Shown here: in pieces, positions 1-11,362 of the stretch | Layout of the letters: each line of letters opens with the position of its first letter | How positions within the stretch are numbered: the first letter of the stretch is position 1 | NCBI GenBank assembly: GCA_903831095.1 | Contig: CAIKWD010000021.1 | Coordinates: 1,518-65,517 of the forward strand | Origin: Candidatus Staskawiczbacteria bacterium | GTDB lineage: Bacteria; Patescibacteriota; Minisyncoccia; Minisyncoccales; Staskawiczbacteraceae | Length of the DNA stretch: 64,000 bases | Reading direction: 5' to 3' | Notes under the pieces: model-generated | What the model saw: only the letters and a program-made list of their open reading frames with translations | What the model was told of the DNA's origin: nothing | The model's database searches: none | Position numbers and translations under genes: made by a program

Positions 1-170
1 GTTTAAAGGAGTTTGATTTTGGTGGTTATTGTGAAAACGGAGAAGATGAAGAAAAAAATAACATAAGTAATTTTAAGAAAAGTTTTGGAGGCAAAATGAT
101 AAGTCATTTTACGTATGCAAAATATTATTCAAAATTATATAAGATAATATCTTTATTAAGAAAAATATAA
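1..170 (+). CDS. Partial 3' end of FemAB/GNAT-like acyl/aminoacyl transferase
   Basis: Frame from nt 3 reads LKEFDFGGY...ISNFKKSFGG...LRKI*; DFGG...FKxxFGG is the typical FemABX/GNAT C-terminus. Confidence 0.6.
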   Translation, partial: LKEFDFGGYCENGEDEEKNNISNFKKSFGGKMISHFTYAKYYSKLYKIISLLRKI

Positions 171-174
171 AAAT

Positions 175-807
175 ATGGAAAACGAAAATAATATTGCTAA
201 ATTTTGGGATGAGTATAAGGCAGATTTTGCTGGTGATATTCTAGCCCCAGAAATAATAAGTTTGTCTAAGAGTTATATTGGTAAATCTGTTTTAGATGTG
301 GGAGCAGGTTCAGGTGCTTTGATTGCTAAAATACCAAATGCTATTGGTATAGATTTAGCACCAAAAAATTCTGGCATAATAAAAGGAGATATATCTAAGA
401 TACCTTTCGAAAATAACAAATTTGATACTGTTTTCGCAACTGAAGTTATTGAACACTTGCCAGAAGAAGTTTTATCTAGTGGTTTGTCCGAGATTAGAAG
501 GGTTCTAAAATCAGATGGGGTATTTATTATGACTCTTCCTTATAAGGAAGATATTAATTTAGATGTTGTTGTTTGTCCAAAATGTGGAGAAAAATTTCAT
601 CACTGGGGGCATCTTCAGTCTTTTGATGAAGAAAAAATTACAAAAATTTTAGAAGATAAAGGATTTAAAATTATAAAAATTCAACCATTGCCACTTGGAG
701 CTATGGCAAGACACCAATTTTTGAAAAACTTTAGGTGGTTTTTTCAAAAGATTGGACGTTTTCAGCCAACTAATTTTTTTATAGTTTCTCAAAAATGGGA
801 AAAGTAA
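175..807 (+). CDS. Class I SAM-dependent methyltransferase
   Basis: VLDVGAGSG motif I, FDTVFATEVIEH; CPKC insert. Confidence 0.85.
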   Translation: MENENNIAKFWDEYKADFAGDILAPEIISLSKSYIGKSVLDVGAGSGALIAKIPNAIGIDLAPKNSGIIKGDISKIPFENNKFDTVFATEVIEHLPEEVLSSGLSEIRRVLKSDGVFIMTLPYKEDINLDVVVCPKCGEKFHHWGHLQSFDEEKITKILEDKGFKIIKIQPLPLGAMARHQFLKNFRWFFQKIGRFQPTNFFIVSQKWEK

Positions 808-1934
808 AAGTGACATTTTTTTTGCAAAATCTTGAAACTGGCGGAGCTGAAAGAAGCACTGTTCGTCTTGCTAATGCTTTAAACATGAATATTTTTGATG
901 TTTCTTTTTTACTATGTAAAAGAAAAGGCCCTCTTTTGCAAAATTTGTCGAAAGATATAAAGATTGTAGATCTTAAAAAAAATCATGTTAGTTTGTCATT
1001 ATTCAAGGTTATAAGATATTTTAAAAGTGAGAAACCAGATATAGTAGTTTCTGTTTTAGACCATGTTAATATAATAAGCATATTAGCCGGTTTGTTTTGT
1101 AAACGAAAACCTAAAATTATTATTACCGAGAGGAGCACTTTTTCACGTGTTTCTACATATTCTGCGACTAAATTCAGAAATAAACTCATTAGCCGCTTTC
1201 TTTTGCCCTACTTGGCAAAAGTTTTCTATAAAAAAGCAGATTTAATAGTTTGTGTTTCAAAAGGCGTGGCAGATGATATTGTCCAGATTATTGGTAATTT
1301 GTCTACTATTAAAGTTATTTATAATCCTGTTATTGGTAATAATTTTTCCGAATTTGCAGAAGAAAAGATAGAGAATTTTAATGTTAAAATCAAATCGCTA
1401 CCTATTATTATTGCGGTTGGTCGTCTTACGAAAGCTAAGGATTACCCCACATTATTGAAAGCATTTTCTTTAGTTTTGAAAGAGACACCAGCTAATCTTT
1501 TAATAGTGGGTGAAGGAGAAGAAAGACAGAGGATTGAAAAGCTTATAGAAGAATTAGATATTATGGAAAACGTTGTTCTTCTAGGTTTTCAAAAAAATCC
1601 TATAAAATATATGGTCAAATCTGATGTATTTGTGCTTTCCTCTATGTTGGAAGGTTTCCCTAATGTTCTAGTTGAGGCCATGGCATGTGGGATCCCAGTT
1701 ATTTCTACTGATTGTCAGTCTGGTCCAAATGAAATAATTGAAAATGGAAAAAATGGGTTATTAGTGTTAGTTTCTGATGAAAAAAAAATAGCTGAGTCTA
1801 TTATTGAACTTTTAAAGAATCCAGAGCTTAGAAGCAAATTTTCAGAAGAAGGAAAAAAGAGAGCTCAATATTTTTCAATTGATAAAAGTGTTAAAGAGTT
1901 TGAGAATATTTTTAAAAATATGCTAGAAAAATAA
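795..1934 (+). CDS. GT4 family glycosyltransferase
   Basis: [24 protein letters not shown]. Confidence 0.92.
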   Translation: MGKVKVTFFLQNLETGGAERSTVRLANALNMNIFDVSFLLCKRKGPLLQNLSKDIKIVDLKKNHVSLSLFKVIRYFKSEKPDIVVSVLDHVNIISILAGLFCKRKPKIIITERSTFSRVSTYSATKFRNKLISRFLLPYLAKVFYKKADLIVCVSKGVADDIVQIIGNLSTIKVIYNPVIGNNFSEFAEEKIENFNVKIKSLPIIIAVGRLTKAKDYPTLLKAFSLVLKETPANLLIVGEGEERQRIEKLIEELDIMENVVLLGFQKNPIKYMVKSDVFVLSSMLEGFPNVLVEAMACGIPVISTDCQSGPNEIIENGKNGLLVLVSDEKKIAESIIELLKNPELRSKFSEEGKKRAQYFSIDKSVKEFENIFKNMLEK

Positions 1935-1935
1935 T

Positions 1936-2769
1936 ATGGAAAAATTTTCGTTTGGTAAAAATTGGCAAAGATATATCAAAATTTATTTTAATGAAGAAAT
2001 TATTAATGAAGCTAAAAAGTCGTTGTTGTCTTATCATCCAGAAGATTATTATAAAGATAAGGTTTTTATTGATATAGGCTGTGGTTCTGGAATTTTTTCA
2101 CTGGCAGCTTTGATGTTGGGTTGTAAAGAGGTTTATAGTCTTGATGTTGATGAAAATAGCGTCGAAGCTACAAAGTTTTTAAAAAATAAATTTATTGATC
2201 TTATTAAAGAGAATAATAAAAAATGGGAAGTTTTTAAAGCTAGTATATTAGATACTTCATTAGTTACTAAATTTTTAGAAAAAGGAGATATTGTTTATAG
2301 TTGGGGGGTTCTTCATCATACAGGTGATATGTGGACAGCAATAAAAAATGCATCAAAAATAGTTAAACTTGAAGGATTATTTGTTATTGCTATCTATAAT
2401 AGGGCGCCTTCTTCTAATTTTTGGCTAAGTGCTAAAAAATATTATAATAATAGCAATATAGTCATAAGATTTGTGATGGTTTCTATTTTTTTTATGGGAA
2501 TAGTTTTAAGAAGACTTATTTCAATGAAAAACCCCTTTAAAACAGAGCGTGGTATGCGAGTTTTTACAGATGCTATTGATTGGCTTGGGGGTTATCCTTA
2601 TGAGTTTGCTTCTTTTGAAGAAATAAATAATTTTGTTAAAGGAATTGGCTTCGATTTAATAAAAAATCCTAGAGAGATTATACCTTCTCCAAAGGCTCGT
2701 AATTTTATAGATAAGATAAGGGGTCGTTATATGGGTTGTAACGAGTTTGTTTTTAAAAGAATAAAATAA
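1936..2769 (+). CDS. Class I SAM-dependent methyltransferase (glycan-locus type)
   Basis: [33 protein letters not shown]. Confidence 0.85.
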   Translation: MEKFSFGKNWQRYIKIYFNEEIINEAKKSLLSYHPEDYYKDKVFIDIGCGSGIFSLAALMLGCKEVYSLDVDENSVEATKFLKNKFIDLIKENNKKWEVFKASILDTSLVTKFLEKGDIVYSWGVLHHTGDMWTAIKNASKIVKLEGLFVIAIYNRAPSSNFWLSAKKYYNNSNIVIRFVMVSIFFMGIVLRRLISMKNPFKTERGMRVFTDAIDWLGGYPYEFASFEEINNFVKGIGFDLIKNPREIIPSPKARNFIDKIRGRYMGCNEFVFKRIK

Positions 2770-2774
2770 TATTT

Positions 2775-4709
2775 ATGTGTGGAATAACCGGGGTTTGGGA
2801 ATTTAAAAATAAAAATAAGGTAAGCCAGTCATTAATAAAAAATATGACTGATACCTTACACCACAGAGGTCCAGATGACTCGGGTATTTTTATTGATGGA
2901 AAAAATAATATTGGATTTGGGCATAGAAGGTTGTCTATCCTAGACTTAACTGCAAAAGGCCATCAGCCGATGTTTAATGATGATGAATCGCTTTGCATAA
3001 CATATAATGGTGAGGTTTATAATTTTGCCGAGATTAAAAAAGAATTGGTAGATGAAGGTTGTCAATTTAAAAGCGATTCTGATACAGAAGTTATTTTAAA
3101 AGCGTATCAAAAGTGGGGAATTGAATCAATCAAAAAATTTCGTGGAATGTTTGCTTTTGCTATTTGGGACAAAAATAAGGAGAAACTGACCTTGGCAAGA
3201 GATCGAGCAGGAGTAAAGCCATTATATTATTATTTTAATGGAGATAGATTTATATTTACTTCTGAGTTAAAGGCCCTGCATAAATATCCCGGATTTCAAA
3301 AGGATATTAATTTTGATGCATTGGCAGTATTTTTACAATTTGGTTATATTTTAGCTCCTCATACTATTTTTAAAGATACGTATAAACTAAAACCAGGGCA
3401 TTATCTTGAAATTGATAATAAAGGTAAGTTAGAAGAAATTAAATATTGGGATATAATTGATTATTATTTAGCAGAACCAAACAATAAATCTGAAGAAGAG
3501 GTAGAAAAAGATTTGGAAAAAATTTTAATAGAATCTTTTAATTACAGAATGGTGTCTGACGTCCCAGTTGGGGTTTTTTTATCAGGGGGAATTGACTCAA
3601 GTTTGGTTGCAGCTATTTTACAATCTAAGGCAAAAACACCAATCAAAACATTTACTATTGGTTTCCATGAAAAAGGTTATGATGAAGCCCCTCATGCAAA
3701 AAAAATTGCTGAATATCTCAAAACAGATCATCACGAATTTTATTGCACTTCAAAAGATGCTTTAGAAATTATTACTAAATTGCCAGAAATTTATGACGAG
3801 CCTTTTGGAGATAGCTCGGGGATTCCTACTTATTTGGTCTCTAAGTTTGCCAGAGAAGAAATAAAAGTGGCCCTTTCCGCTGATGCTGGAGATGAGCTTT
3901 TTTGTGGCTATTCTAGATATAAATTGCTTAGTAATTATTATAAAACAATAAAAAAAACTCCTAGATTTTTATTGTTTATTTTTTCTTTAGTTTTATCTTT
4001 ATTTTCTCCAGCTTTTATTGCTGATTTTTATAAAATTTTCTCATTATTTTTGCCAAAATATGCTAATGTTAAGGATAAAATTTATAAGTTTAAAAATGTA
4101 TTGAAATATAACGATAGTGAGCTGTCTGTTATAGTAAGAAATAGTCATAGTCATTGGCTTGAAAGTCAGATAAAACAATTATTAAAAAAGCCATATAAAT
4201 CTTTAAAAACTGATTTTTCTGAGTTTGAAAAGGTTAAGAGTTTAGATGTGATATCTCAGATGCAGGCCGTAGAGTTTAAAACATATCTTTGTGATGATAT
4301 TTTAACCAAGGTGGACAGATCAACTATGTCTGTAGGTTTAGAAGCTAGAGAACCCTTGATTGACCATAAGATTGCAGAATATATAGCTAACGTTCCTATT
4401 AATTTAAAATATAAAAATGGTGAGAGTAAATATATTTTAAGAAAAATATTATATAAGTATGTACCTAGAAAATTATTAGACAGGCCCAAACAAGGCTTTG
4501 GAATTCCAATAGATAGTTGGTTGAAAAATGATTTAAGAGGTCTTTTAGAGAAGTATCTCTCGGAAAAGAATATAAGAGAGCAGGGTATTTTTGATGAAAA
4601 ATATATAAAGAAAAACTTAGATGATTATTTATTAGGAAAATCAGATTCAGCTTATAAATTTTGGTTTCTTTTGATGTTCCAAATGTGGTACGAAAAATGG
4701 ATGAAGTAA
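2775..4709 (+). CDS. asnB: Asparagine synthase-like glutamine amidotransferase
   Basis: MCGI Ntn N-terminus, HRGPDD, RDRAGVKPLYY, LSGGIDSS, RPKQGF. Confidence 0.95.
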   Translation: MCGITGVWEFKNKNKVSQSLIKNMTDTLHHRGPDDSGIFIDGKNNIGFGHRRLSILDLTAKGHQPMFNDDESLCITYNGEVYNFAEIKKELVDEGCQFKSDSDTEVILKAYQKWGIESIKKFRGMFAFAIWDKNKEKLTLARDRAGVKPLYYYFNGDRFIFTSELKALHKYPGFQKDINFDALAVFLQFGYILAPHTIFKDTYKLKPGHYLEIDNKGKLEEIKYWDIIDYYLAEPNNKSEEEVEKDLEKILIESFNYRMVSDVPVGVFLSGGIDSSLVAAILQSKAKTPIKTFTIGFHEKGYDEAPHAKKIAEYLKTDHHEFYCTSKDALEIITKLPEIYDEPFGDSSGIPTYLVSKFAREEIKVALSADAGDELFCGYSRYKLLSNYYKTIKKTPRFLLFIFSLVLSLFSPAFIADFYKIFSLFLPKYANVKDKIYKFKNVLKYNDSELSVIVRNSHSHWLESQIKQLLKKPYKSLKTDFSEFEKVKSLDVISQMQAVEFKTYLCDDILTKVDRSTMSVGLEAREPLIDHKIAEYIANVPINLKYKNGESKYILRKILYKYVPRKLLDRPKQGFGIPIDSWLKNDLRGLLEKYLSEKNIREQGIFDEKYIKKNLDDYLLGKSDSAYKFWFLLMFQMWYEKWMK

Positions 4710-4721
4710 AATTTTAATAAT

Positions 4722-6161
4722 ATGGGATTTTTAAAAAACAATAAACCTTTAATATCAGTAATTTTTATCATTATTTTGTTTGTAATTTTTTGTTTCGATA
4801 AAGGCTTATTTTTTGGCATTGATTTGCTTGTTATTTTTTCTGGAATTACTTTTTTTATTCTAAATAAGCTAGGTCATAAAAATAGAAACATATATTTATT
4901 ATTTTTAATTGTATTAGTTTTACGTTTGTGCACTACATTGTTTATGCACTATGCTGATTTCCAGCCATTCTCTGGTCACAACGGGGACTATTCCACATAT
5001 CAGAAGTCAGCAGTTGAAATATCACAAAGCTTCAGACAAGGAATTTTTTCGATTAATGATATAACCTTAAAATACCCAGATTTATATACAGCGCATTACT
5101 ATCCTGTAATTATTGGGTCGTTATACGCATTGACTATGCCTGAGGAGATTATAGGATTGCTATTTAATGTTTGGCTGGTTGCGCTTGCAGTTATTTTTGC
5201 TTATCTTATTATTTTAGAACTGGGTGGGACTTCAAAAAACGCTTTTATAGTTGGACTTATAATTTCCCTTTACCCAAGTTATATATTTAACACGGGTCTT
5301 TTACTTAAAGATGCTATAGAAATATGTTTTACAATTTTGGGATTATTATTTCTAATAAAAACAATAAAAAAACTTACTTGGCTTAATTTTTTGGTGTTGT
5401 ATTCGGCTATATTATGTGTGACGCATTTTCGTTTTTATATAGGATATGCACTAATAATTTCATTTTTAATATCTTGGTTTTTAATTTCTAAAATAAGTTT
5501 TAAGAAAAGGATTATATGGGGGATTATATTTGTTGTTCTTTTTGGATTTATTCCTGAAGTAGCATATAACCAAGGGTATTATGGTATTAATTCAGTAAAA
5601 ACATATTTAAATAAAAAGACAATAACTTTTTATAGACATACTGCTTATAATCCGGTAGCCAATATTCCTACCATAGTTAACCCTGTTTTAAATAGTACTG
5701 TTTCTAATGAGAAAAAACCCATATCTGTTGTTGGCTTGGATTCTTCATTTGTAGTAGAACACGGGCCAATTGGCTATGTAAAATCTTTCTTATATACAGT
5801 ATTTGGACCATTGCCTTGGCAGATTAAAAACTTAAGGCAGCTTTTTGCTCTTTTTGAGACCTTACCATGGTATATATTGCTATTGTTTATTTTTGACGGT
5901 ATTGTTATTTCATATAAAAAAAAGATAAAGGAAGTTGCTGTATTATTAATTTTTAGTTTTATTGTTTTAATTGTTGTAGCTATATTTGATAATAATTACG
6001 GATTAATTTTAAGAATTAGAATTCCGGCTTTTATTTCCCTTTTATGTATTGGTTCTTTTGGGTTTAATAATCAAAATATTTTATATAATTATTTAGAAAA
6101 AATTTATGAAAAAATATTTAGTAACCGGAGGAGCAGGATTTATAGGTTCAAACATAGTTAG
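4722..6161 (+). CDS. Polytopic membrane protein, Wzy/GT-C-like
   Basis: About 11-12 hydrophobic segments with an extracellular loop, inside a glycan locus. Confidence 0.55.
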   Translation: MGFLKNNKPLISVIFIIILFVIFCFDKGLFFGIDLLVIFSGITFFILNKLGHKNRNIYLLFLIVLVLRLCTTLFMHYADFQPFSGHNGDYSTYQKSAVEISQSFRQGIFSINDITLKYPDLYTAHYYPVIIGSLYALTMPEEIIGLLFNVWLVALAVIFAYLIILELGGTSKNAFIVGLIISLYPSYIFNTGLLLKDAIEICFTILGLLFLIKTIKKLTWLNFLVLYSAILCVTHFRFYIGYALIISFLISWFLISKISFKKRIIWGIIFVVLFGFIPEVAYNQGYYGINSVKTYLNKKTITFYRHTAYNPVANIPTIVNPVLNSTVSNEKKPISVVGLDSSFVVEHGPIGYVKSFLYTVFGPLPWQIKNLRQLFALFETLPWYILLLFIFDGIVISYKKKIKEVAVLLIFSFIVLIVVAIFDNNYGLILRIRIPAFISLLCIGSFGFNNQNILYNYLEKIYEKIFSNRRSRIYRFKHS

Positions 6162-7050
6162 TAAAATTTTAGAGCAGGGAAACTTTGTCAGAGTTTTGGA
6201 TAATTTTTTTACTGGAAAGCAAGAAAATATAAAAGAATTTTTGGACAATAAAAATTTTGAATTAATTGAAGGAGATATTACTGATTTGGGAGTTGCAAAA
6301 AAAGCTGTAAAGGGTATTGATTTTGTTTTGCACCAGGCAGCTGTGCCCTCTGTTCCAAGATCTATAGAAGATCCTATACGGTCAAACGAGGCTAATGTTA
6401 CGGGTACTTTAAATATGCTGGTGGCTGCCAGAGATGAAAAAGTGAAAAGATTTGTTTATGCTTCTTCTTCGTCAGTTTATGGAGACAACCCTGAGTTGCC
6501 AAAAAGGGAAGATTTTCCAATAAGGCCAATTTCTCCGTATGCACTTACAAAATATGCAGGTGAAAGATATTGTCAGATTTTTTGCCAAATATATGGCTTG
6601 CCGACAATTTGCCTGAGATATTTCAATGTATTTGGTCCTAAACAAAATCCATTTTCTCAATATGCAGCTGTGATACCAAATTTTATTTTGTCTGCTTTGA
6701 AAAATGAAAAGCCTATAGTATATGGAGACGGAGAACAGTCAAGGGATTTTACTTTTGTGGAAAATGTTGTTAGTGCTAATTTGTTGGCAGCAGAAGCTGA
6801 AAGCGGTTTTGGAGAGGTTTTTAATGTTGCCTGCAATAAAGAAACAAGCTTGAATCAATTACTTTCCATGATAAGTGAAATGAACGGGACAGAGATTGTT
6901 GCAGAATACAAAACAGGACGCGTTGGAGATGTTCCGCATTCTAAGGCTGATATTTCAAAAGCTAAAGAAATTTTAAAGTATGATCCAAAAGTGGAGTTTA
7001 AAGATGGTCTGTTGAAAACCTTTGACTGGTACAAAAATAATGCAAAATAG
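6106..7050 (+). CDS. NAD-dependent UDP-sugar 4-epimerase (WbpP-like SDR)
   Basis: TGGAGFIG, ASSSSVYG, YALTK, LRYFNVFGP. Confidence 0.92.
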   Translation: MKKYLVTGGAGFIGSNIVSKILEQGNFVRVLDNFFTGKQENIKEFLDNKNFELIEGDITDLGVAKKAVKGIDFVLHQAAVPSVPRSIEDPIRSNEANVTGTLNMLVAARDEKVKRFVYASSSSVYGDNPELPKREDFPIRPISPYALTKYAGERYCQIFCQIYGLPTICLRYFNVFGPKQNPFSQYAAVIPNFILSALKNEKPIVYGDGEQSRDFTFVENVVSANLLAAEAESGFGEVFNVACNKETSLNQLLSMISEMNGTEIVAEYKTGRVGDVPHSKADISKAKEILKYDPKVEFKDGLLKTFDWYKNNAK

Positions 7051-8227
7051 TACCCCTTTGGGCACAAGTAAAATTAAAATTTGCCATGTTGCCAATACAG
7101 ATAAGGCTGTTAAGTTTTTGTTATTGCCTCAGCTTAGGTTTTTAATTGAAAATGGATATGATGTTTCTGTTATCTGTTCTTCGGGAAAATTTGTTTCAGA
7201 AATAGAAAAAGAGGGGATAAAAGTAAAAGTGATAAAAATGAAAAGGAAGATAAGTCCATTTTCTGATTTAGTAGCTTTAGTAAAGATTTTTTTGTATTTT
7301 AAAAAGGAAAAATTTGGAATTGTTCATGTTCACAACCCAAAACCTAGTCTTTTAGGACAACTTGCAGCAAAATTAGCTAGGGTACCAATTATAATAAATA
7401 CAGTTCACGGTCTGTATTTTCAACAGGATTCTTCAAAATTTAAAAGAAGTTTTTATATTTTTATAGAGAAAATAGCTGCTCTTTGTTCTAGTCTGATTTT
7501 TTCTCAAAATAAAGAAGACATAGAAACATTGATAAAGGAAAAAGTCTCAGATCCTAAAAAAATAAAGTATTTGGGCAACGGAGTAGATATTGGCAAATTT
7601 GATTGTAAAAGATTTTCCGAGGAATTTATATCTAAAAAACGTAAAGAACTAAATATTCCCGAAGGGTTTAAGGTTGTAGGAATTGTAGCTAGACTCGTTG
7701 AGGAGAAAGGATATTTAACCTTGTTTGAGGCTTTTGCATCTGTAGTAAAGGAATTCCCTAAAACAGTTATTTTGGCAATTGGTCCAAAAGAACCAGAAAA
7801 ATCAGATGCGCTTGACCTGCAAATAGTTGAAAACTATGAAGTTAAAAATAATGTCATTTTTTTGGGTGAAAGAAATAATCTTGAAGAATTATATCCGTTA
7901 ATGGATATATTTGTTCTGCCATCATATAGGGAAGGGATGCCAAGGTCTATATTGGAGGCCATGGCTGAAGAAAGGCCAATTATTACAAGTAATATAAGAG
8001 GGTGTAAAGAAGAGATAGAAGATGGTATAAGCGGGATTTTATTTCCAGTTGGGGATTCAGAAAAATTGGCAGGATCTATAATTGATTTGCTTGAAAATCC
8101 AGCCAAAGCAGAAGAAATGGGGAAAAATGCCAGAATTAGGGCAGAGAAATATTTTAATGAAAACTTTATTTTTGGTAGAATAAAAGAAGGATATGACCTA
8201 CTATTAAAAGAAAAACATGGAAACTAA
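7040..8227 (+). CDS. GT4 family glycosyltransferase
   Basis: HVHNPKP, GNGVD, ARLVEEKG, EGMPRSILEAMA; ATG 7040 preferred over TTG 7022. Confidence 0.9.
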   Translation: MQNSTPLGTSKIKICHVANTDKAVKFLLLPQLRFLIENGYDVSVICSSGKFVSEIEKEGIKVKVIKMKRKISPFSDLVALVKIFLYFKKEKFGIVHVHNPKPSLLGQLAAKLARVPIIINTVHGLYFQQDSSKFKRSFYIFIEKIAALCSSLIFSQNKEDIETLIKEKVSDPKKIKYLGNGVDIGKFDCKRFSEEFISKKRKELNIPEGFKVVGIVARLVEEKGYLTLFEAFASVVKEFPKTVILAIGPKEPEKSDALDLQIVENYEVKNNVIFLGERNNLEELYPLMDIFVLPSYREGMPRSILEAMAEERPIITSNIRGCKEEIEDGISGILFPVGDSEKLAGSIIDLLENPAKAEEMGKNARIRAEKYFNENFIFGRIKEGYDLLLKEKHGN

Positions 8228-9578
8228 TCAAAATAAATTTTTAAAATCTGTTTTGTTGCTGGGAGATGTTTGCTTAATGTATGTGGCACTGTTTCTGGCA
8301 CTATTGTTAAGGAATAATGGTTTGGCCGGGCAAATTAATGGGTTTTTTTATAATTTCATAATTTTATATGTTATATGGATTATTTTGATTTTTGTCTTTA
8401 ACTTGTACAATTTACATTTTTTCAAAAAGCCGATAGATTTTTTCTTCAGTCTGATATTTTTTTCCATTTTGGCCTTTTTTATTGGAGTAACATATTTTTA
8501 TTTTTATCCCAATATTGGAATCTCTCCTAAAACAGTGTTATTTTTAGATGTTGTTATTTTCGCTATTTTGTTTCTTGTTTGGAGATATTTATTTAACTTT
8601 TTTCTTGAGGCAACAGCAGTTAAAGAAAAAGTGGTTATTGTAGGATTTTACAAAAGGTTAAATGAAATTTTACCGCAGATTAAGAGAATTTATAGCATAG
8701 AGACAATTTTTTGCCCAACAGCTATGAAAGAGCAGAATAAATGCTTGGTTGTTGATTCTAATGCGAGCATAATTTCTGAAGTGTCTGATTTGAAAAATAT
8801 TGTTACAAGTAAAAAAATTACTTCCATTATTTTGTCACTAGACTTTTATTCTAATGAAGATTTGGTAAAGAAAATTTTTAATGCCTTACCTTTAACATTG
8901 AATTATATAGGAATTGACGAGTTGTATGAGGTAATAACCAAAAAAGTTTCTTTGAACCACTTAGATGAAGTTTGGTTTTTGGAAAAAGTTTCAAAGCCGG
9001 AAGATGTTTTTGAAAAAATTGTAAAAAGAGTTTTTGATTTTGTTTTTTCTATTGTTGGATTGTTATTGTTTATAGTTTTTTTCCCATTTGTGGCTATTGC
9101 CATAAAAATAGAAGATAGAGGTTCAATTTTTTACAATCAGAAAAGAGCTGGGAAAAATGGAAAGGTAATTTTAATAAGCAAATTTAGGACAATGGTTGAA
9201 GATAAAAACCAAAATAAGGAAACTTGGCGTGAAGCTAATAAGAATAACATTACCAAAGTTGGAAGAGTTTTACGTAAACTTCATATAGATGAATTACCCC
9301 AGGCTTGGAGCTTGTTTACCGGAGATTTGAGCTTTGTTGGGCCGAGAGCAGAGTGGGTAGAGCTTGTTAAGATTTTTGAAGATAAAATACCTTTTTACAA
9401 GCAAAGATTTTTGGTAAAGCCGGGACTTTTCGGGTGGGCACAAATAAATTTTCCAGCTTCTAAGTCAGTTGACGAAGCGAAAGAAAAATTTGAATATGAT
9501 TTATATTACATAAAAAATCATTCTTTGCTTTTGGATTTGGAAATTATTTTAAAATCAATCAAACTTTTTTTTCTTTAG
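8217..9578 (+). CDS. Priming polyprenyl glycosylphosphotransferase (sugar transferase)
   Basis: N-terminal TMs; KRVFD, KFRTM, DELPQ, SFVGPR, KPGLFGWAQI, YDLYY. Confidence 0.92.
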   Translation: METNQNKFLKSVLLLGDVCLMYVALFLALLLRNNGLAGQINGFFYNFIILYVIWIILIFVFNLYNLHFFKKPIDFFFSLIFFSILAFFIGVTYFYFYPNIGISPKTVLFLDVVIFAILFLVWRYLFNFFLEATAVKEKVVIVGFYKRLNEILPQIKRIYSIETIFCPTAMKEQNKCLVVDSNASIISEVSDLKNIVTSKKITSIILSLDFYSNEDLVKKIFNALPLTLNYIGIDELYEVITKKVSLNHLDEVWFLEKVSKPEDVFEKIVKRVFDFVFSIVGLLLFIVFFPFVAIAIKIEDRGSIFYNQKRAGKNGKVILISKFRTMVEDKNQNKETWREANKNNITKVGRVLRKLHIDELPQAWSLFTGDLSFVGPRAEWVELVKIFEDKIPFYKQRFLVKPGLFGWAQINFPASKSVDEAKEKFEYDLYYIKNHSLLLDLEIILKSIKLFFL

Positions 9579-9646
9579 CTTAGGCGCTATCAGGGCTGGT
9601 TCGTAAATGAATGTTGTGATAGTATGAAAAATACAAACAGAATATC

Positions 9647-11356
9647 ATGAAGCTATATATAAAACTTTTTTTAGTCGCTGGAGTTTTTTTCTTTTTGTCT
9701 GGGGTAAATGTGGCAAAAGCTGTCAACACTGGAGACGTTGTCAATTTTAATGTAGATAAAAGTTTTGATGCCAGCAGTAGGACACAAATATCTGCTACTT
9801 TAGTGAAAGTTGGCGCAAAACTTTATTTTTATGTTGAAAAAACATGGTGGGATTCACAAACCTACACAAAACAAAGTGAAATTTTAGTTGATTTGGATAA
9901 TTTGTCCAATGAATTTGATAACAATATATACCCCAAGCTAACATCGACTTTCGGACCAGAATGGAACCCGGGCATAGACAAAGATTCCAGAATTACTATT
10001 TTGTTTGATTCTTTAAATAGTACCGAAGGAGGATATTTTAGGGAAGCAGATGAATACGAAAAATTGCAGCTGCCAAGTTCTAATGAAAGGGAAATGCTGT
10101 ATTTGTCGGTTTCTAATATTACGAATAATAATTTAAGGGTGGTTCTTGGCCATGAATTTACACATTTAATAACTTTCAATCAGAAAAACAAGATTTTTGG
10201 AGTTGAGGAAGATACCTGGCTAAACGAGGCAAGAGCTGATTATTCTTCAACAATATTAGGTTATGACGACCAGTATAATGGAAGCAATCTTCAGCAAAGA
10301 GTTAAAGATTTTATTGAAAATCCATCAGATTCAATAACAGATTGGAATAATACAAAATACGATTATGCGAGTGTAAGCTTGTTTATAAACTATATTGTAG
10401 GCCATTACGGCATAAATATTTTATCTGATTCTTTAAAGTCAAAGTCAACTGGTATTGAAAGTATTAATGGAGCTCTTTTGTACAATAATGCCAACAAAAA
10501 TTTTAGCCAGGTTTTTACTGATTGGACAGTGGCATTGGCTGTAAATGACTGCTCACAAAAAAAGGAATACTGTTATTTGAGTCAGAATTTGAACAGCTTG
10601 AGAGTTAATCCTACGCTTATTTTCCTGCCTCTTTCTGGAAGCAGTTCTTTGTCTACTACAAACATCACTAAAAATTGGTCTGGAAGTTGGCAGAAAATCA
10701 TAGGAGGAAGCGGAAACCTGAAGTTGGATTTTTCTAGCATAGCAGGTTTGAATTTTCAGGTTCCATATGTGCTTTATGACAAGGATAATGGATATTCTGT
10801 TAAGTTTCTTCAGTTAGATAACAATGGGAAAGGGGAAATAAATTTGCAGGATTTTGGGACAAATTACAAGTCTTTAGTTATTATTCCGTCTTTGCAGAGC
10901 AAAATTTCCGGGTTTGAAAACTCAGATCTTATTTATCCGTACAGTTTTGTAGTTTCAATAGTTGGCAAAGATACAGATATAGACAAAGCGCTTTTGATAC
11001 AAAAACTTTTAGCTCAAATTGAATCGCTTAAAAAGCAAATAGCAGATATTTTAGCTCAAAGAGCTATAGCAACTCCGCCAACTGCTTGTTCCCAAATAAC
11101 CAGCAATCTTTCATTTGGAATGTACAATAATGACCAGGTAAGGTGTTTACAGACATTTTTAGGAAGCCAAGGTTCAGGATTTTATTTAGGCTTGGTTACA
11201 GGATATTATGGCCCATTAACTCAAGCTTCAGTGACAAAATTTCAGGAAAAATATGCGTCTGATATTTTAACTCCGGCCGGGCTTAAAATAGGAAACGGCA
11301 TTGTAGACGACAGAACAAGAGCAAAAATTAACCAAATTCTTAAAGCTGGTAAATAA
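9647..11356 (+). CDS. Secreted zinc metallopeptidase with C-terminal peptidoglycan-binding domain
   Basis: Signal peptide (AKA), HEFTH plus WLNE third ligand, tail LQTFL..TGYYGPLT..V.KFQ. Confidence 0.7.
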   Translation: MKLYIKLFLVAGVFFFLSGVNVAKAVNTGDVVNFNVDKSFDASSRTQISATLVKVGAKLYFYVEKTWWDSQTYTKQSEILVDLDNLSNEFDNNIYPKLTSTFGPEWNPGIDKDSRITILFDSLNSTEGGYFREADEYEKLQLPSSNEREMLYLSVSNITNNNLRVVLGHEFTHLITFNQKNKIFGVEEDTWLNEARADYSSTILGYDDQYNGSNLQQRVKDFIENPSDSITDWNNTKYDYASVSLFINYIVGHYGINILSDSLKSKSTGIESINGALLYNNANKNFSQVFTDWTVALAVNDCSQKKEYCYLSQNLNSLRVNPTLIFLPLSGSSSLSTTNITKNWSGSWQKIIGGSGNLKLDFSSIAGLNFQVPYVLYDKDNGYSVKFLQLDNNGKGEINLQDFGTNYKSLVIIPSLQSKISGFENSDLIYPYSFVVSIVGKDTDIDKALLIQKLLAQIESLKKQIADILAQRAIATPPTACSQITSNLSFGMYNNDQVRCLQTFLGSQGSGFYLGLVTGYYGPLTQASVTKFQEKYASDILTPAGLKIGNGIVDDRTRAKINQILKAGK

Positions 11357-11362
11357 AAATAT

